The notes under the pieces were generated by a model that made no database searches, was not told the DNA's origin, and worked only from the letters and a program-made list of their open reading frames with translations. The position numbers and the translations under genes were made by a program. DNA of 38,708 nt from Candidatus Methanoxibalbensis ujae (GTDB lineage Archaea; Halobacteriota; Syntropharchaeia; Alkanophagales; Methanospirareceae): NCBI GenBank assembly GCA_026134085.1, contig JAOQIN010000015.1, positions 1-38,708 of the forward strand, read 5' to 3'. Position 1 is the first letter of the stretch, and each line of letters opens with the position of its first letter. This document shows, piece by piece, positions 18,673 to 28,479 of the stretch.

Positions 18673-18751
18673 TCGCCCAACAGAGCCGGCTCCGTGCCTT
18701 CGGCACCATGCTCAAATCCTGCTTCGCAGGACTTCAGATGCCCGCCAGCCG
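18673..18751 (+). other. Degenerate attC-like site 3 (array ends at the predicted crossover G)
   Basis: TCGCCCAAC (RYYYAAC) a few nt after the stop, internal hairpins GTGCC-TTC-GGCAC and TCCTGC-TTC-GCAGGA, right arm ACTTCAGATGCCCGC-CAGCC-G. Confidence 0.6.
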
Positions 18752-18839
18752 CGAAAATATTGATGGAGCATGGGCGTCAGTTGGGGTATCTCTCATTTTT
18801 ATGACAAACGATAAGAATCGTCCTCTTCCTCTGCATCGG

Positions 18840-19350
18840 TTATGAGGTGCCAAACTTTTTCTTACATTCTGAAACAATATCCTTCATCCTTTTTAGGCAT
18901 TCTTCACAAATAGTTATCACATCAACATCCGGAAAATCATCAAAATACCAACGTTGGACATTCACATCAGATTTTGCTGGTGTTTGTGGGCGCTCTTTTT
19001 CTTCTTCCATCAAACTATATCGCTCCTCAGTTCCATTTGCATGAGCATGATGTATTATTATATTAGGAACTACACCTATTGATGAAGTAGCGTTTACATT
19101 CACATGTAGATAAATAAGTTTTTGATGAACAGTTATATTTCGTTTCTCTTTTAGGAGTTTTCATTTTTCATATTTTTTTATTTCAATTTGTTTCTCGCAA
19201 TACCCTCCCCAAATCCTGAAATCTCATTATTCTTTTCGCATAATGAAGGTCACACTTCGGAACGCAGTCAGAAATGCGCTGAGATTATATCTAAAAGCCT
19301 CTCTATCCATTACATGCTCGGAGCGTTCAGGGAAATACCTACCGATATAG
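18840..19350 (-). pseudogene. Hypothetical protein remnant with HEPN-like RxxxxH motif
   Basis: Fragments AFRYNLSAFLTAFRSVTFIMRKE and KLLKEKRNITVHQK; the latter is in frame with ORF 18840-19103. Confidence 0.45.
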
Positions 19351-19749
19351 TATTATTCATCGCAGTTGTTGTTCTACTTCCTCAATTTTCTGCTCTGCTT
19401 CATCTAAAATCTCGTTGAGAGCCGAGATGGAACCCTTCACATTTTAGTCTTCCCCTCAAATCCCTCATAATGATGGAGTTCATCCACACTGCATAATTCT
19501 TCTGCCCTCTGTAAATCTATATCGTCATTACATATCGCCTGATATGCATCTTCACGCCCTTTTGAAAGGGCTCCTCCATCTGCTTATGTATTTTCTTTAT
19601 AGCTTCCACTCGCAGCTCCTCTATCGCCATTTTTTTTAAAATGTGAAAAAAGTAATAAAGATTATTTTTAATTAAAATATTAAAATTGAAATTGGAAAAT
19701 ACTTTTGAATTATCAGTCGGTTGTTAATATCATTTGATAAGATGATGAG

Positions 19750-20400
19750 ATGATGAACGGGAAAGTAAGAAAGACAAGACCTACTATGTTTGCTATCTTT
19801 ATAATCGGCTTGATAGTATCCACAATTGCATGGACGCCAACTGGGGAGGATTTAAATTTCCCTTTACAGATGAGAGAATATATGGAATGGCTGTTGAGAG
19901 TGGGTGAGCATATAGTCTCCGCTTTGGAGGATGCTATGAAGAGATGGCTGGGCGGATATTGAATATGATTATGTTTCGGAGACGCTTGATAAAATAAACC
20001 AGTATGAAGTATCACCAGAATTACAGCTGCTCAAGGAGATCAGCTCTCCTCCCAGCAAAAAATACAAGTTCCATAAGAAAGGGGCAGAATATGGGAGAAA
20101 GGCATATACTATCTTGAAATTGGAGAAAGGGATAAATCAATAGTCTACCTCAATTTAGCAACTGGTTATCTCAATCAGTTGGCCTATTATATCAATGATT
20201 CCACTGAACATATGCAAAATCGCATGGATATGCCTGTCCCAACACCTGCTCCCATATCCACATCAGAGTCGGCGCCTGCCCCTACACAAATGACAACTCC
20301 AAGTCTTCTGGGAAGTCGTCAACTTCATCAATTGGTTTTTAAGCAGTGTTTGTAATATGTATTTTGCTTGTGATCGCTCACTTCATAGAACGGGAGATTG
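19750..20400 (+). pseudogene. Decayed secreted surface protein with Pro/Thr linker and PGF-CTERM-like tail
   Basis: N-terminal signal-like segment, PVPTPAPISTSESAPAPT linker, then IGF*AVFVICILLVIAHF (GFE to GF-stop). Confidence 0.5.
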
Positions 20401-20515
20401 ATGAACAGGAGATACCAACTGCCTTATTTCTTCTCACCTTCTTCTGCTGAATCTTCAGCCATACCTTATTTGTAGAAGTTCCTTTATCTTAAAGGGGGAT
20501 GAAAAGAAACAGAAA

Positions 20516-20590
20516 GGGCCCGTGGCTCAGCATGGACAGAGCACCGGCCTTCTAAGCCGGGGATCGCGGGTTCAAGTCCCGCCGGGTCCG
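20516..20590 (+). tRNA. tRNA-Arg(TCT), copy 2 (identical to copy 1)
   Basis: 75/75 match to 15390-15464; TTTATCTTAAA box about 25-33 nt upstream. Confidence 0.96.
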
Positions 20591-20631
20591 TAAGTCATCC
20601 ATAATTGTTTATGATAGTCAATGCATAAACA

Positions 20632-21120
20632 ATGATCATGCATGAACTTGCGAGGAAGCATTTTGAGAAGATATTGTCAGAACTGAGATGCGTAGGAGCG
20701 TGGGAGGAATGCGCATATTATCCGTGTCATCAGGAGCACCAGGACTGCACATGGTGTTTCTGCCCTTTTTATCCGTGTGAGGATGAATGTACAGGCGGAA
20801 AATGGAAAACAACATCACAGGGCACACGCATATGGGATTGTTCGCATTGCATATGGATACATCGCAGTGATGTTGCAGCAAAATTGATGGAACTCCTCAT
20901 AAGATTCGGCATCACCAGCGTTGATGACCTTGAGCGAGAATTGCAGAAGAGAGATGAAATGCGAGCAGCAATGAGCGATGAAGAAAGCATGACAGAAGAA
21001 AAAAATAAAAATGAAAATAAAAAGGAAAATAAAAATAAGAAGAAAGAAGGAGAGAACAAATGCAATCTTCTTCTCATATTTGAAATTCTGAAAGAGGAGA
21101 TGCCGCCCAACACAGATTAA
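20632..21120 (+). CDS. Cysteine-rich small domain (zf-like) protein
   Basis: CAYYPCH..DCTWCFCPFYPC..GGKW..WDCSHCIWIH; Lys/Glu/Asn low-complexity insert near the C-terminus. Confidence 0.85.
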   Translation: MIMHELARKHFEKILSELRCVGAWEECAYYPCHQEHQDCTWCFCPFYPCEDECTGGKWKTTSQGTRIWDCSHCIWIHRSDVAAKLMELLIRFGITSVDDLERELQKRDEMRAAMSDEESMTEEKNKNENKKENKNKKKEGENKCNLLLIFEILKEEMPPNTD

Positions 21121-22567
21121 CAGAGTCTCTAACTCCATCGGCGCTAACTCCATCGGCGGGAAGTTCCAATGAGAGCCATAGATGTTTCTTCTTTTCATAT
21201 CCCCGGCTAAAAGAGCATTCGGGAAATGGTATGCCCTACAAAGTGCCCGGTTATCGGGATGGATGAAAAACCAAAACCAAAACAATTAATACAAATACAA
21301 AGCGGTAAAGCCAATATCTGTTCAGAGGCTGGGAAAAGAGTGGTGGAGGTAACGGAAAGGAAAAAGAGGATTTTTCACATTAGGAGATCTGGTAGACCTG
21401 GAATATTGAAATGTTGAGGATTGTCCTGGACCTCAAGAAATCACTTTACTGAACTTAAAGAGGCTGAAAAAGTTCTCAAATCTATACTCAAAGCTGGCTC
21501 AATGTCGCTGAAATCGAAATTAATATCATGGACTCTGCACTGGAAGAAGAATGAAAAATATGGAATATAAAACAAAATGCTGAGGAAAAGTTATTAGGTA
21601 TTAATATTAAGTATTGTTAACTCAATCAAACCGACATAACACTAGCGGTGGCGGCAGGCTCTTCCGATAGGGATAGTTCATATCACATTATCCTCAGATC
21701 TTGGACTCCAAACACCCTTGCCAATTTCACTTTCTTCAGCTTTTTTCTCTTTTCTCCACTCCTCCTCTCTCAAACTGCTCAAACTGGAACTGCACGACCT
21801 CTTAAGGCATGAGTGTGAGCTGACAGTCTCCTGTCTGATGACTTCTTTTCTTTGAGCCTCGCTGTTTCCTCTCCCTCTACGCCTCTCATCGGAGATGGAT
21901 GATAAGATGCTATTTCTTACTTGTTTGTATAGTTTATACCGATTTCAGCTGTTGAGAGGTAGATAGTGACCTGACCACAACAGTTGGATATGGCCGCCTC
22001 ATCTCGCGAACAATTTTCAATCTATATTGGCCTTTTGTGATGGCGCCATCCATCCCTCCCCGCGCCTGCGATTGTCGAATTGGTTTTCTCATGCACTCAC
22101 CATGCTCTTCTCTGTCTTCACCGCCACTTCATTTTCTTTGCTATTCCCTTTGGAAGCTCAAGCATTACTGCGATTGAGGATACAACCGCCACGCCATCGA
22201 ACTTTGAGCCCTGATCCGAACCCAGCACCATCCTGTGTTGCATTCCCCGCACGGTCGACCACCACGATATCGCCTTTCCCCAATCCACATTCTTGCCTTT
22301 CGGCATCCTCGGCCTTCCATCAACACGGGAACTCTCGGGCATTAAAGGTGCCCCTCGCCCAGAGCTCAGTCCTGGAGATAAAGTCATGCGCCAGCCCGGA
22401 CATGGTGCTTGTAGCCTCAAGGCGTAGTCCGCACGCACACGCACGCATCGTGCTGGTCAGCCTGACGTGGCCGTCCTGGCATTCAGTCAGGCTCCTCATC
22501 AGTCAGGCTCCTCATCAGTCAGACTTCTCAATTCATCAATTCATCTCTTCATCGAGAAGCTGACCTT

Positions 22568-22834
22568 TCATCCGCCGAAAACCTGAGGAAACACAGATAT
22601 CTCATCACCGTCCTCCAACTTTGTGAGCAGCCCATCATGCTTCCCGTTTTTCAGCACAATAACATAATCCCGCAATTTCGTTGCGTCCTCAAATATTTTG
22701 AGGCGGGCATCTTCAGATTGAAAGAGCATAAGCAATACCTCTCTCAATGTCGCATCCTCCCTGACATCAAGCTCAACTGCGGACTTCCCCACAATATCCC
22801 TGAAAGAGGCGAACAGTTTCACTTTCACTTTCAT
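22568..22834 (-). CDS. MoaD/SAMP ubiquitin-like small archaeal modifier
   Basis: VKVKLFASFRD, VLKNG, LEDGDEISVFP, C-terminal GG. Confidence 0.92.
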   Translation of the reverse strand: MKVKVKLFASFRDIVGKSAVELDVREDATLREVLLMLFQSEDARLKIFEDATKLRDYVIVLKNGKHDGLLTKLEDGDEISVFPQVFGG

Positions 22835-22900
22835 CGCATTCGCTCGCTTTTTATTTCGCCAACTTCCGCTGCCAGCAGCACAGCCGGAGAGAGCCGCATG

Positions 22901-23281
22901 TCACTCCAGCAGTTTTGCGTTTACCACGCCATCCTGTCCCGGTTTGCTTGTCACGATCGCATTTCCGATTTCCGTCTCAATTATAGCACCTTTCGTGACG
23001 ATGTTTCTGCGCTTGAAGAAAGGATTTGCTGCATTATCCAGAACACTTAATATCCTCACCCTGCGTGTGATTCCACTTCTCGGGTCGGACACATTTGCGA
23101 AATTGCATTCTAACAGCTTTACTTTCGTGTTTCCTCCCCTGCATCTCACAATTTTTTGCTTTATCTGATCGCCGATCATGGTATTGGCGGGCTCTCTCCC
23201 CATCTCAAACTTCCGTTTCTTGCGATATCTGTGATATCTCCCACCAGAGGGCTTCCTTCTTGAGCGACCCTGCCATCGCAT
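22901..23281 (-). CDS. rps8e: 30S ribosomal protein eS8
   Basis: [48 protein letters not shown]. Confidence 0.97.
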   Translation of the reverse strand: MRWQGRSRRKPSGGRYHRYRKKRKFEMGREPANTMIGDQIKQKIVRCRGGNTKVKLLECNFANVSDPRSGITRRVRILSVLDNAANPFFKRRNIVTKGAIIETEIGNAIVTSKPGQDGVVNAKLLE

Positions 23282-23295
23282 CCCTCAATCACCTC

Positions 23296-23523
23296 TCAGG
23301 GACCTTCAAAACCGCATTTATCACACCTATACACATTTCCGAGCCTTCTGCACTTCACACAGCGCGCAATCTCATTCTCAAGGCAGTTGGGACACGGAAA
23401 CACAGTGAAACCCGTGCCCAACAACCTCGCACCGCATGATGTGCAGTATTCCACGGTTCTCAACACTTGCGCAGCCGGCGGCGCAGCTTTCTCCTCAGCG
23501 GTCATGTCCTCCTCAGCCATCAT
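23296..23523 (-). CDS. HVO_2753/DUF1610 family double zinc-ribbon protein
   Basis: [33 protein letters not shown] 23523 follows GGAGGTG. Confidence 0.9.
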   Translation of the reverse strand: MMAEEDMTAEEKAAPPAAQVLRTVEYCTSCGARLLGTGFTVFPCPNCLENEIARCVKCRRLGNVYRCDKCGFEGP

Positions 23524-24090
23524 GTTCCACCTCCCCACTCATCTCTTATTTTTCCCCCTGATCACAGCCACACAGAAGCGTTGCTCATCTCGCATTCTGC
23601 CTTTAACTCTTCTCTTCGTTTTATTTTTTTATCTTCCTGTCGCCTGCAAAACCCTTCCTGTGTGGAGGAGTAGGAGGAGCAGGGGAAGGTGGGGAATAGT
23701 CGACAATTGAAGAAAATCTTCAAACCTACTTGGCTTCTCCTCAATTACTGCAAGATTGCATATCCTCCGGTTTATGGGCAGTAAAATCAGGTTGGGCCTC
23801 CTGATAAAAATCTTTATCAGCTTTTCCTAATTATGAAAAATTGTTTAACATAGGTTATAAAGCTTACGGTTTTCCAAGCTTACGATTTTAAGCCTTCTGT
23901 GAAGTCCACAGGCAGGTTGCCCGGGCTTTTTTGCAGTCTCACGCCCCTCTTCACAATCTCAGGGAGACATCGCTGCATGCGACCTCAGATGCGAGCGGGA
24001 GAGAGTGGATTGATGAATTTGACGGTGAAAGCATAAGATGAGACAGACAGGGAGGCATAAAACGGAAAAAAGCGAAAAAGGGGAGGAATT

Positions 24091-25554
24091 TTATTGCTTG
24101 CCGATATACAGCCACGGAGCCACATCCTCACATATAATGCCCTCATGCTCGGGATTGAGCAATGAGACATACCATGAAGCCGAAGCATTTATTGTGTTCG
24201 CTGACGGGACTGACGGGACCTTCCATGTGAATGAGAATGTTTTATCGTAAAGAGGTGGCAGGGTTATATCCCTCTCCCTATAAAAGAATTTGCCGATATC
24301 TGTCTCAAGACATCTTGTGAAAACGCATTTCCATGTGCAGTTGGTCGGATTCACAAGTGTGAGGTTTATGAGCATCTCATCGCCCGCTGCATATACATAT
24401 TTGTCAACGGAGACAGCAACCGCAGGTTTATATCCGACGCCATAGATGAATGCGGATGAATTGTCATACACCGGTGATGCGACTGTGTCCCAGAGGAGAG
24501 TGCCATTCATCTCCACATAATTTGTGTCCTCGCCCGCTCTGAAAACATGAGCATCATATTCTATCATCAGCTCATCCCTCGGGGACAGTGAGATGTTCTT
24601 CAGATCCCACAGGTATTTGTTCGTGCCAATTTTGACAGGCTCCCAGCGCCATTTTTTCACTTTTCCTATCGATATTATTGAGACAGTGGCATTGTTGTTG
24701 TAATCCAGGCCGTCAGACAGAACATCCACCACAGATATATTGCGTAGAACACCGATGTCGTTGTTGCGTATGACAGTTCTGAACTTCATGTTTGTGCATA
24801 TTGGCACTTTAACACGCGGCACCCATTCTCCAGTCTCAGGGTCCTTCACATATTTCTCTATTTCAACATTGTGCCTGGGCGATACCACGATGTCCGTTTT
24901 CACCTCTTTCACATAGTAATTAACACTGATGCCATTCGCGCTGCTCAGTGAAATGAAGTCGCCAGCGCTGAGATAGCCATCTCCATTGTCTTTCCAATCT
25001 CTCAGATGATATGAGACGCAGAAATTTGGATATACTTCATGCCAGTATGTGCAAACAGGCTTCTTCAACGCCTCATCTATCTCGTCATAACCGCCGGTGA
25101 ACTCAATATACATTGATCTCATAACTGCTGTCAGAGCTGTTGTATCTGTTGATGATACCTTTGATATCGGAATCAGCGTTGGTATCGGAATTGGCGTTGG
25201 TATCAGAGTTGGTGCCGGTATTCTGATGGCAAGTAATGTGATTGTGACATTGTCAACATGATACCATCTCGGCCTCTCCTCGTTCTTGATATTTTCAAGC
25301 TTTATGCAGTCGCATGGACTGAGAACTTCATCTCCATTGTCCCTCCAATCAACCACATGATACTTATTACAGTAGTCGGGATATAACTCGTGCCAGTATG
25401 TGCTCACAGGTTTCAAGTATATCTCGGAAGAGTTAAGCAGATGCAGATACTTCTGCTCGTGCTGCGCGCAGGCACCATCACCCGCTGCCGCCGCGGATGC
25501 GAGCGGAGCGATCACAACTGCAACGAGAAATGCTGCCATAACGGCTCCTCTCAT
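24091..25554 (-). CDS. Secreted protein with two WHExYP..DWxDNGD repeats and a DUF11-like Ig domain
   Basis: Signal peptide, duplicated ~65-aa module, Pro/Thr linker, VEIEKYV..NISVVDVLSDGLDY. ATG 25554 follows GGAGGTGA. Confidence 0.8.
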   Translation of the reverse strand: MRGAVMAAFLVAVVIAPLASAAAAGDGACAQHEQKYLHLLNSSEIYLKPVSTYWHELYPDYCNKYHVVDWRDNGDEVLSPCDCIKLENIKNEERPRWYHVDNVTITLLAIRIPAPTLIPTPIPIPTLIPISKVSSTDTTALTAVMRSMYIEFTGGYDEIDEALKKPVCTYWHEVYPNFCVSYHLRDWKDNGDGYLSAGDFISLSSANGISVNYYVKEVKTDIVVSPRHNVEIEKYVKDPETGEWVPRVKVPICTNMKFRTVIRNNDIGVLRNISVVDVLSDGLDYNNNATVSIISIGKVKKWRWEPVKIGTNKYLWDLKNISLSPRDELMIEYDAHVFRAGEDTNYVEMNGTLLWDTVASPVYDNSSAFIYGVGYKPAVAVSVDKYVYAAGDEMLINLTLVNPTNCTWKCVFTRCLETDIGKFFYRERDITLPPLYDKTFSFTWKVPSVPSANTINASASWYVSLLNPEHEGIICEDVAPWLYIGKQ

Positions 25555-26059
25555 TTTATCACCTCCCCCCACACCTTTCACACATTTCTCTCTTTCCCCT
25601 CATTTTTCTCACACCTCTCCGCTCGTGACTGCGTCCTCAAAATATAAAAATATTTTGTTCAGTTTTATTCATCTTTCATCCGACCTCATCCACTCCCATA
25701 ATGCGCTTTTTCATCACTTCAGAATTTATTGCGAAACATGTAACAGCCTGTGCGGTGATGGGCATGGGCGAGGCTGCTCCGCAACTTACCGCCAGTTTTC
25801 CTCCGCTTTCTCTTCAGATGGAGCATGTCAGTGGAGATCCCGGCAGACACTGAGCCAGCCGCGTCGCTGCGGGCTCGCATTATGATGAGAGCGTCTGCGA
25901 GGCAGCGGAAGCTTTTATTTATGTTTCAATAATAAGGATGGAAAGCTCTCTAAGTGCTGCCTGCTTGAGAGCGAATGAATAAGGCGGGTGGACACGGCGA
26001 ATGATATATCAGGGAAAAGGATATATGGAAGGGATGTATCAGAGGAAGAGGTGAGATAG

Positions 26060-27331
26060 ATGGCGGAGAAAGAGCATATGAATCTGGCAATAATAGGGCA
26101 TATAGATCATGGAAAGTCCACGCTGATAGGCAGGTTACTTGTTGAGACCGGTGCAATAGACCCCCACATCATTGAGGAATATCGCAAGAAAGCGGAGGAG
26201 CTTGGAAAAGTGACATTTGAGTATGCGTGGGTCATGGACACACTGAGGGATGAGAGGGAGAGAGGTATAACGATAGATGTTGCGCATCGGAAGTTTGAGA
26301 CGGATAAGTATTACTACACGATAGTGGACTGTCCGGGTCACAGAGATTTCGTGAAGAACATGATCACAGGCACATCGCAGGCAGACGCTGCTGTTCTTGT
26401 GGTTGATGCGAAGGACGGCATAATGGAGCAGACGAGGGAGCATGTGGCACTCGCGAAGACACTCGGTGTGAATCAGCTCATAGTTGCCATAAACAAGATG
26501 GACCGCGTCGGATATGACCAGAAGCGCTACGAAGAGCTTAAGGCTGAGTTATTGAAGATGTTGAAGACATTCGGATACAGGGAGGAGAATCTCATTTTTA
26601 TACCAGTTTCAGCGTATGAGGGGGATAATGTGACCAAGAAATCGGAGAAGATGCCATGGTACGATGGTCCAACATTCTACGAGGCGCTTGACATGATGAA
26701 AGTGCCTGAGAAGCCTGTTGATCTTCCTCTCAGAATACCTGTGCAGGATGTGTATTCAATAACAGGCGTCGGAACAGTTCCTGTTGGAAGAGTTGAGACC
26801 GGTGTGCTGAAGAAGGGGGACAAGGTCATATTCAATCCTCCGCAGAAGGTCGGAGAGGTGAAGTCCATTGAAATGCATCATGAGGAAATACCTCAGGCCA
26901 TACCGGGCGATAACATCGGCTGGAATGTCAGAGGAATATCAAAGAAGGAGATTCGTAGAGGAGATGTCTGCGGACATCTTGACAATCCGCCCACAATTGC
27001 GGAGGAATTCACAGCGCAGATAGTTGTGCTTCAGCATCCGACCGCGATAACCGTCGGATACACGCCCGTGTTCCACTGTCACACCGCTCAGGTGGCATGC
27101 AGGTTTGAGGAGATTCTCAAGAAAATAAATCCGAGAACGGGAGAGGTGATTGAGGAGAATCCAGATTATATAAAGACGGGAGATTCCGCAATCATAAGGG
27201 TGAAACCCACAAGACCGATGGTGATTGAGCGTGTGAAAGACTTCCCGCCACTGGGAAGGTTCGCAATACGGGACATGGGCACTACAATTGCCGCGGGTGT
27301 TGTCATGGAGGTGAAGGCGAAAGCCGCATGA
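26060..27331 (+). CDS. tuf: Translation elongation factor EF-1alpha
   Basis: [40 protein letters not shown]. Confidence 0.99.
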   Translation: MAEKEHMNLAIIGHIDHGKSTLIGRLLVETGAIDPHIIEEYRKKAEELGKVTFEYAWVMDTLRDERERGITIDVAHRKFETDKYYYTIVDCPGHRDFVKNMITGTSQADAAVLVVDAKDGIMEQTREHVALAKTLGVNQLIVAINKMDRVGYDQKRYEELKAELLKMLKTFGYREENLIFIPVSAYEGDNVTKKSEKMPWYDGPTFYEALDMMKVPEKPVDLPLRIPVQDVYSITGVGTVPVGRVETGVLKKGDKVIFNPPQKVGEVKSIEMHHEEIPQAIPGDNIGWNVRGISKKEIRRGDVCGHLDNPPTIAEEFTAQIVVLQHPTAITVGYTPVFHCHTAQVACRFEEILKKINPRTGEVIEENPDYIKTGDSAIIRVKPTRPMVIERVKDFPPLGRFAIRDMGTTIAAGVVMEVKAKAA

Positions 27332-27416
27332 TTGCAGCTGCGAGGAATGAGCAGCTATGAAGAATGAAACAGGCATCATCGGCATCGGGAGGGAGGGGAG
27401 GAGGTGATCATGAGAA

Positions 27417-27728
27417 ATGACTCAAAAAGCGCGCATAAGGTTGGTGAGCACAAATCACAAGAAGCTTGATGAGCTCTGCGCACACATCAGGAAAATAGCT
27501 GAGACGACCGGAGTGAGGATGTCGGGGCCCATTCCCCTCCCCACGAAGAGACTTGTTGTGCCGTGCCGGAAGAGTCCCGACGGAGAGGGGTCTGAGACAT
27601 GGGACCACTGGGAAATGCGCATACATAAAAGACTCATAGACATGGATGCAGATGAGCGCGCACTGCGACAGATAATGCGCATACCAATACCCAAAGAAGT
27701 GCACATTGAGATCGTGCTTAAAGGATAA
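27417..27728 (+). CDS. rpsJ: 30S ribosomal protein uS10
   Basis: [27 protein letters not shown]. Confidence 0.98.
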   Translation: MTQKARIRLVSTNHKKLDELCAHIRKIAETTGVRMSGPIPLPTKRLVVPCRKSPDGEGSETWDHWEMRIHKRLIDMDADERALRQIMRIPIPKEVHIEIVLKG

Positions 27729-27758
27729 AATATAAATAAATGCTGCGAGAGAGGAGGA

Positions 27759-27974
27759 TTGGAGATGAAGGCAATAGACGCTGTGATTGAGGAAAAGAAG
27801 AAGGAGATCGCATCTCTCATAAAGGAAATAGACAGCATGGTCATTGAGCTGCGTAACACAAATGATGAGGACAGGAGGAAGGAGCTGCTTGAGCGGATAC
27901 ATGAGAGGGAGATGAAACTGCGCTCAGTTAGGCAAGCCGTAGGAAAACTGCTCGCCCTCACTCATACGCTGTGA
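27759..27974 (+). CDS. Small coiled-coil hypothetical protein
   Basis: GGAGG SD, charged heptad pattern, co-oriented after rpsJ. Confidence 0.7.
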   Translation: MEMKAIDAVIEEKKKEIASLIKEIDSMVIELRNTNDEDRRKELLERIHEREMKLRSVRQAVGKLLALTHTL

Positions 27975-28479
27975 GAGATGCCCTGCTCATTTTTTCATTT
28001 TATTTGCCAACCAATGACGCTCGCCTGACTGCTGTAGATCATGCTGCTGTTGATCATGCAAACCAGAAGAAAGTGCGTGTTTGACACACGCATGCGTCAT
28101 GTTTTCTAAAACCTCAGCAGATTGAAGTTGATTTTGTAATTTGTATGATGTTATAATTTGTGATTGATTTTTATCATAATTAAACAATCATGGGTTCCCC
28201 TATTATAATCGGCGCCCACCAATGTATAAAGGAGGATTTTCCATTAAAAATGATTAAAAATATGAATTTGAGAGCATAAGACCATGTCACAGACAGATTG
28301 AACAGTGATAATAACCTCCATTTTTTTGCTATGGGAGCACGGGGAGCACGAGGGGGAGGAGATCCAATCCCTGTCTAAAAAGGAAAAATAAGTGGCAGTT
28401 TGAGGGAGTATATATTATAGCAAATGGCAGCGGGCATACGCTTCGGGAAGAAGTATGCCACCATGGCCTGCGATAGGGG

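Larger units (their letters stand above)
15465..20515. mobile_element. AT-rich genomic island between two identical tRNA-Arg genes, carrying an integron-like cassette array
   Basis: 75-bp direct repeats at both ends, integrase remnant at the left end, visibly more AT-rich than the flanks, many pseudogenes. Confidence 0.85.

Noticed and set aside
21180..22030. Possible pseudogene or transposase fragments
   Set aside because: No recognisable motif in the frames examined; left unannotated.
22100..22480. GC-rich stretch considered as RNase P/SRP RNA or an RraA-like pseudogene (KGDIVVVDRAGN)
   Set aside because: No RNase P GAGGAAAGTCC core or SRP motif seen; protein similarity too short to support.
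23700..23990. AT-rich intergenic region with duplicated AAGCTTACG
   Set aside because: Only a 9-bp repeat; no interpretable ORF or structure.
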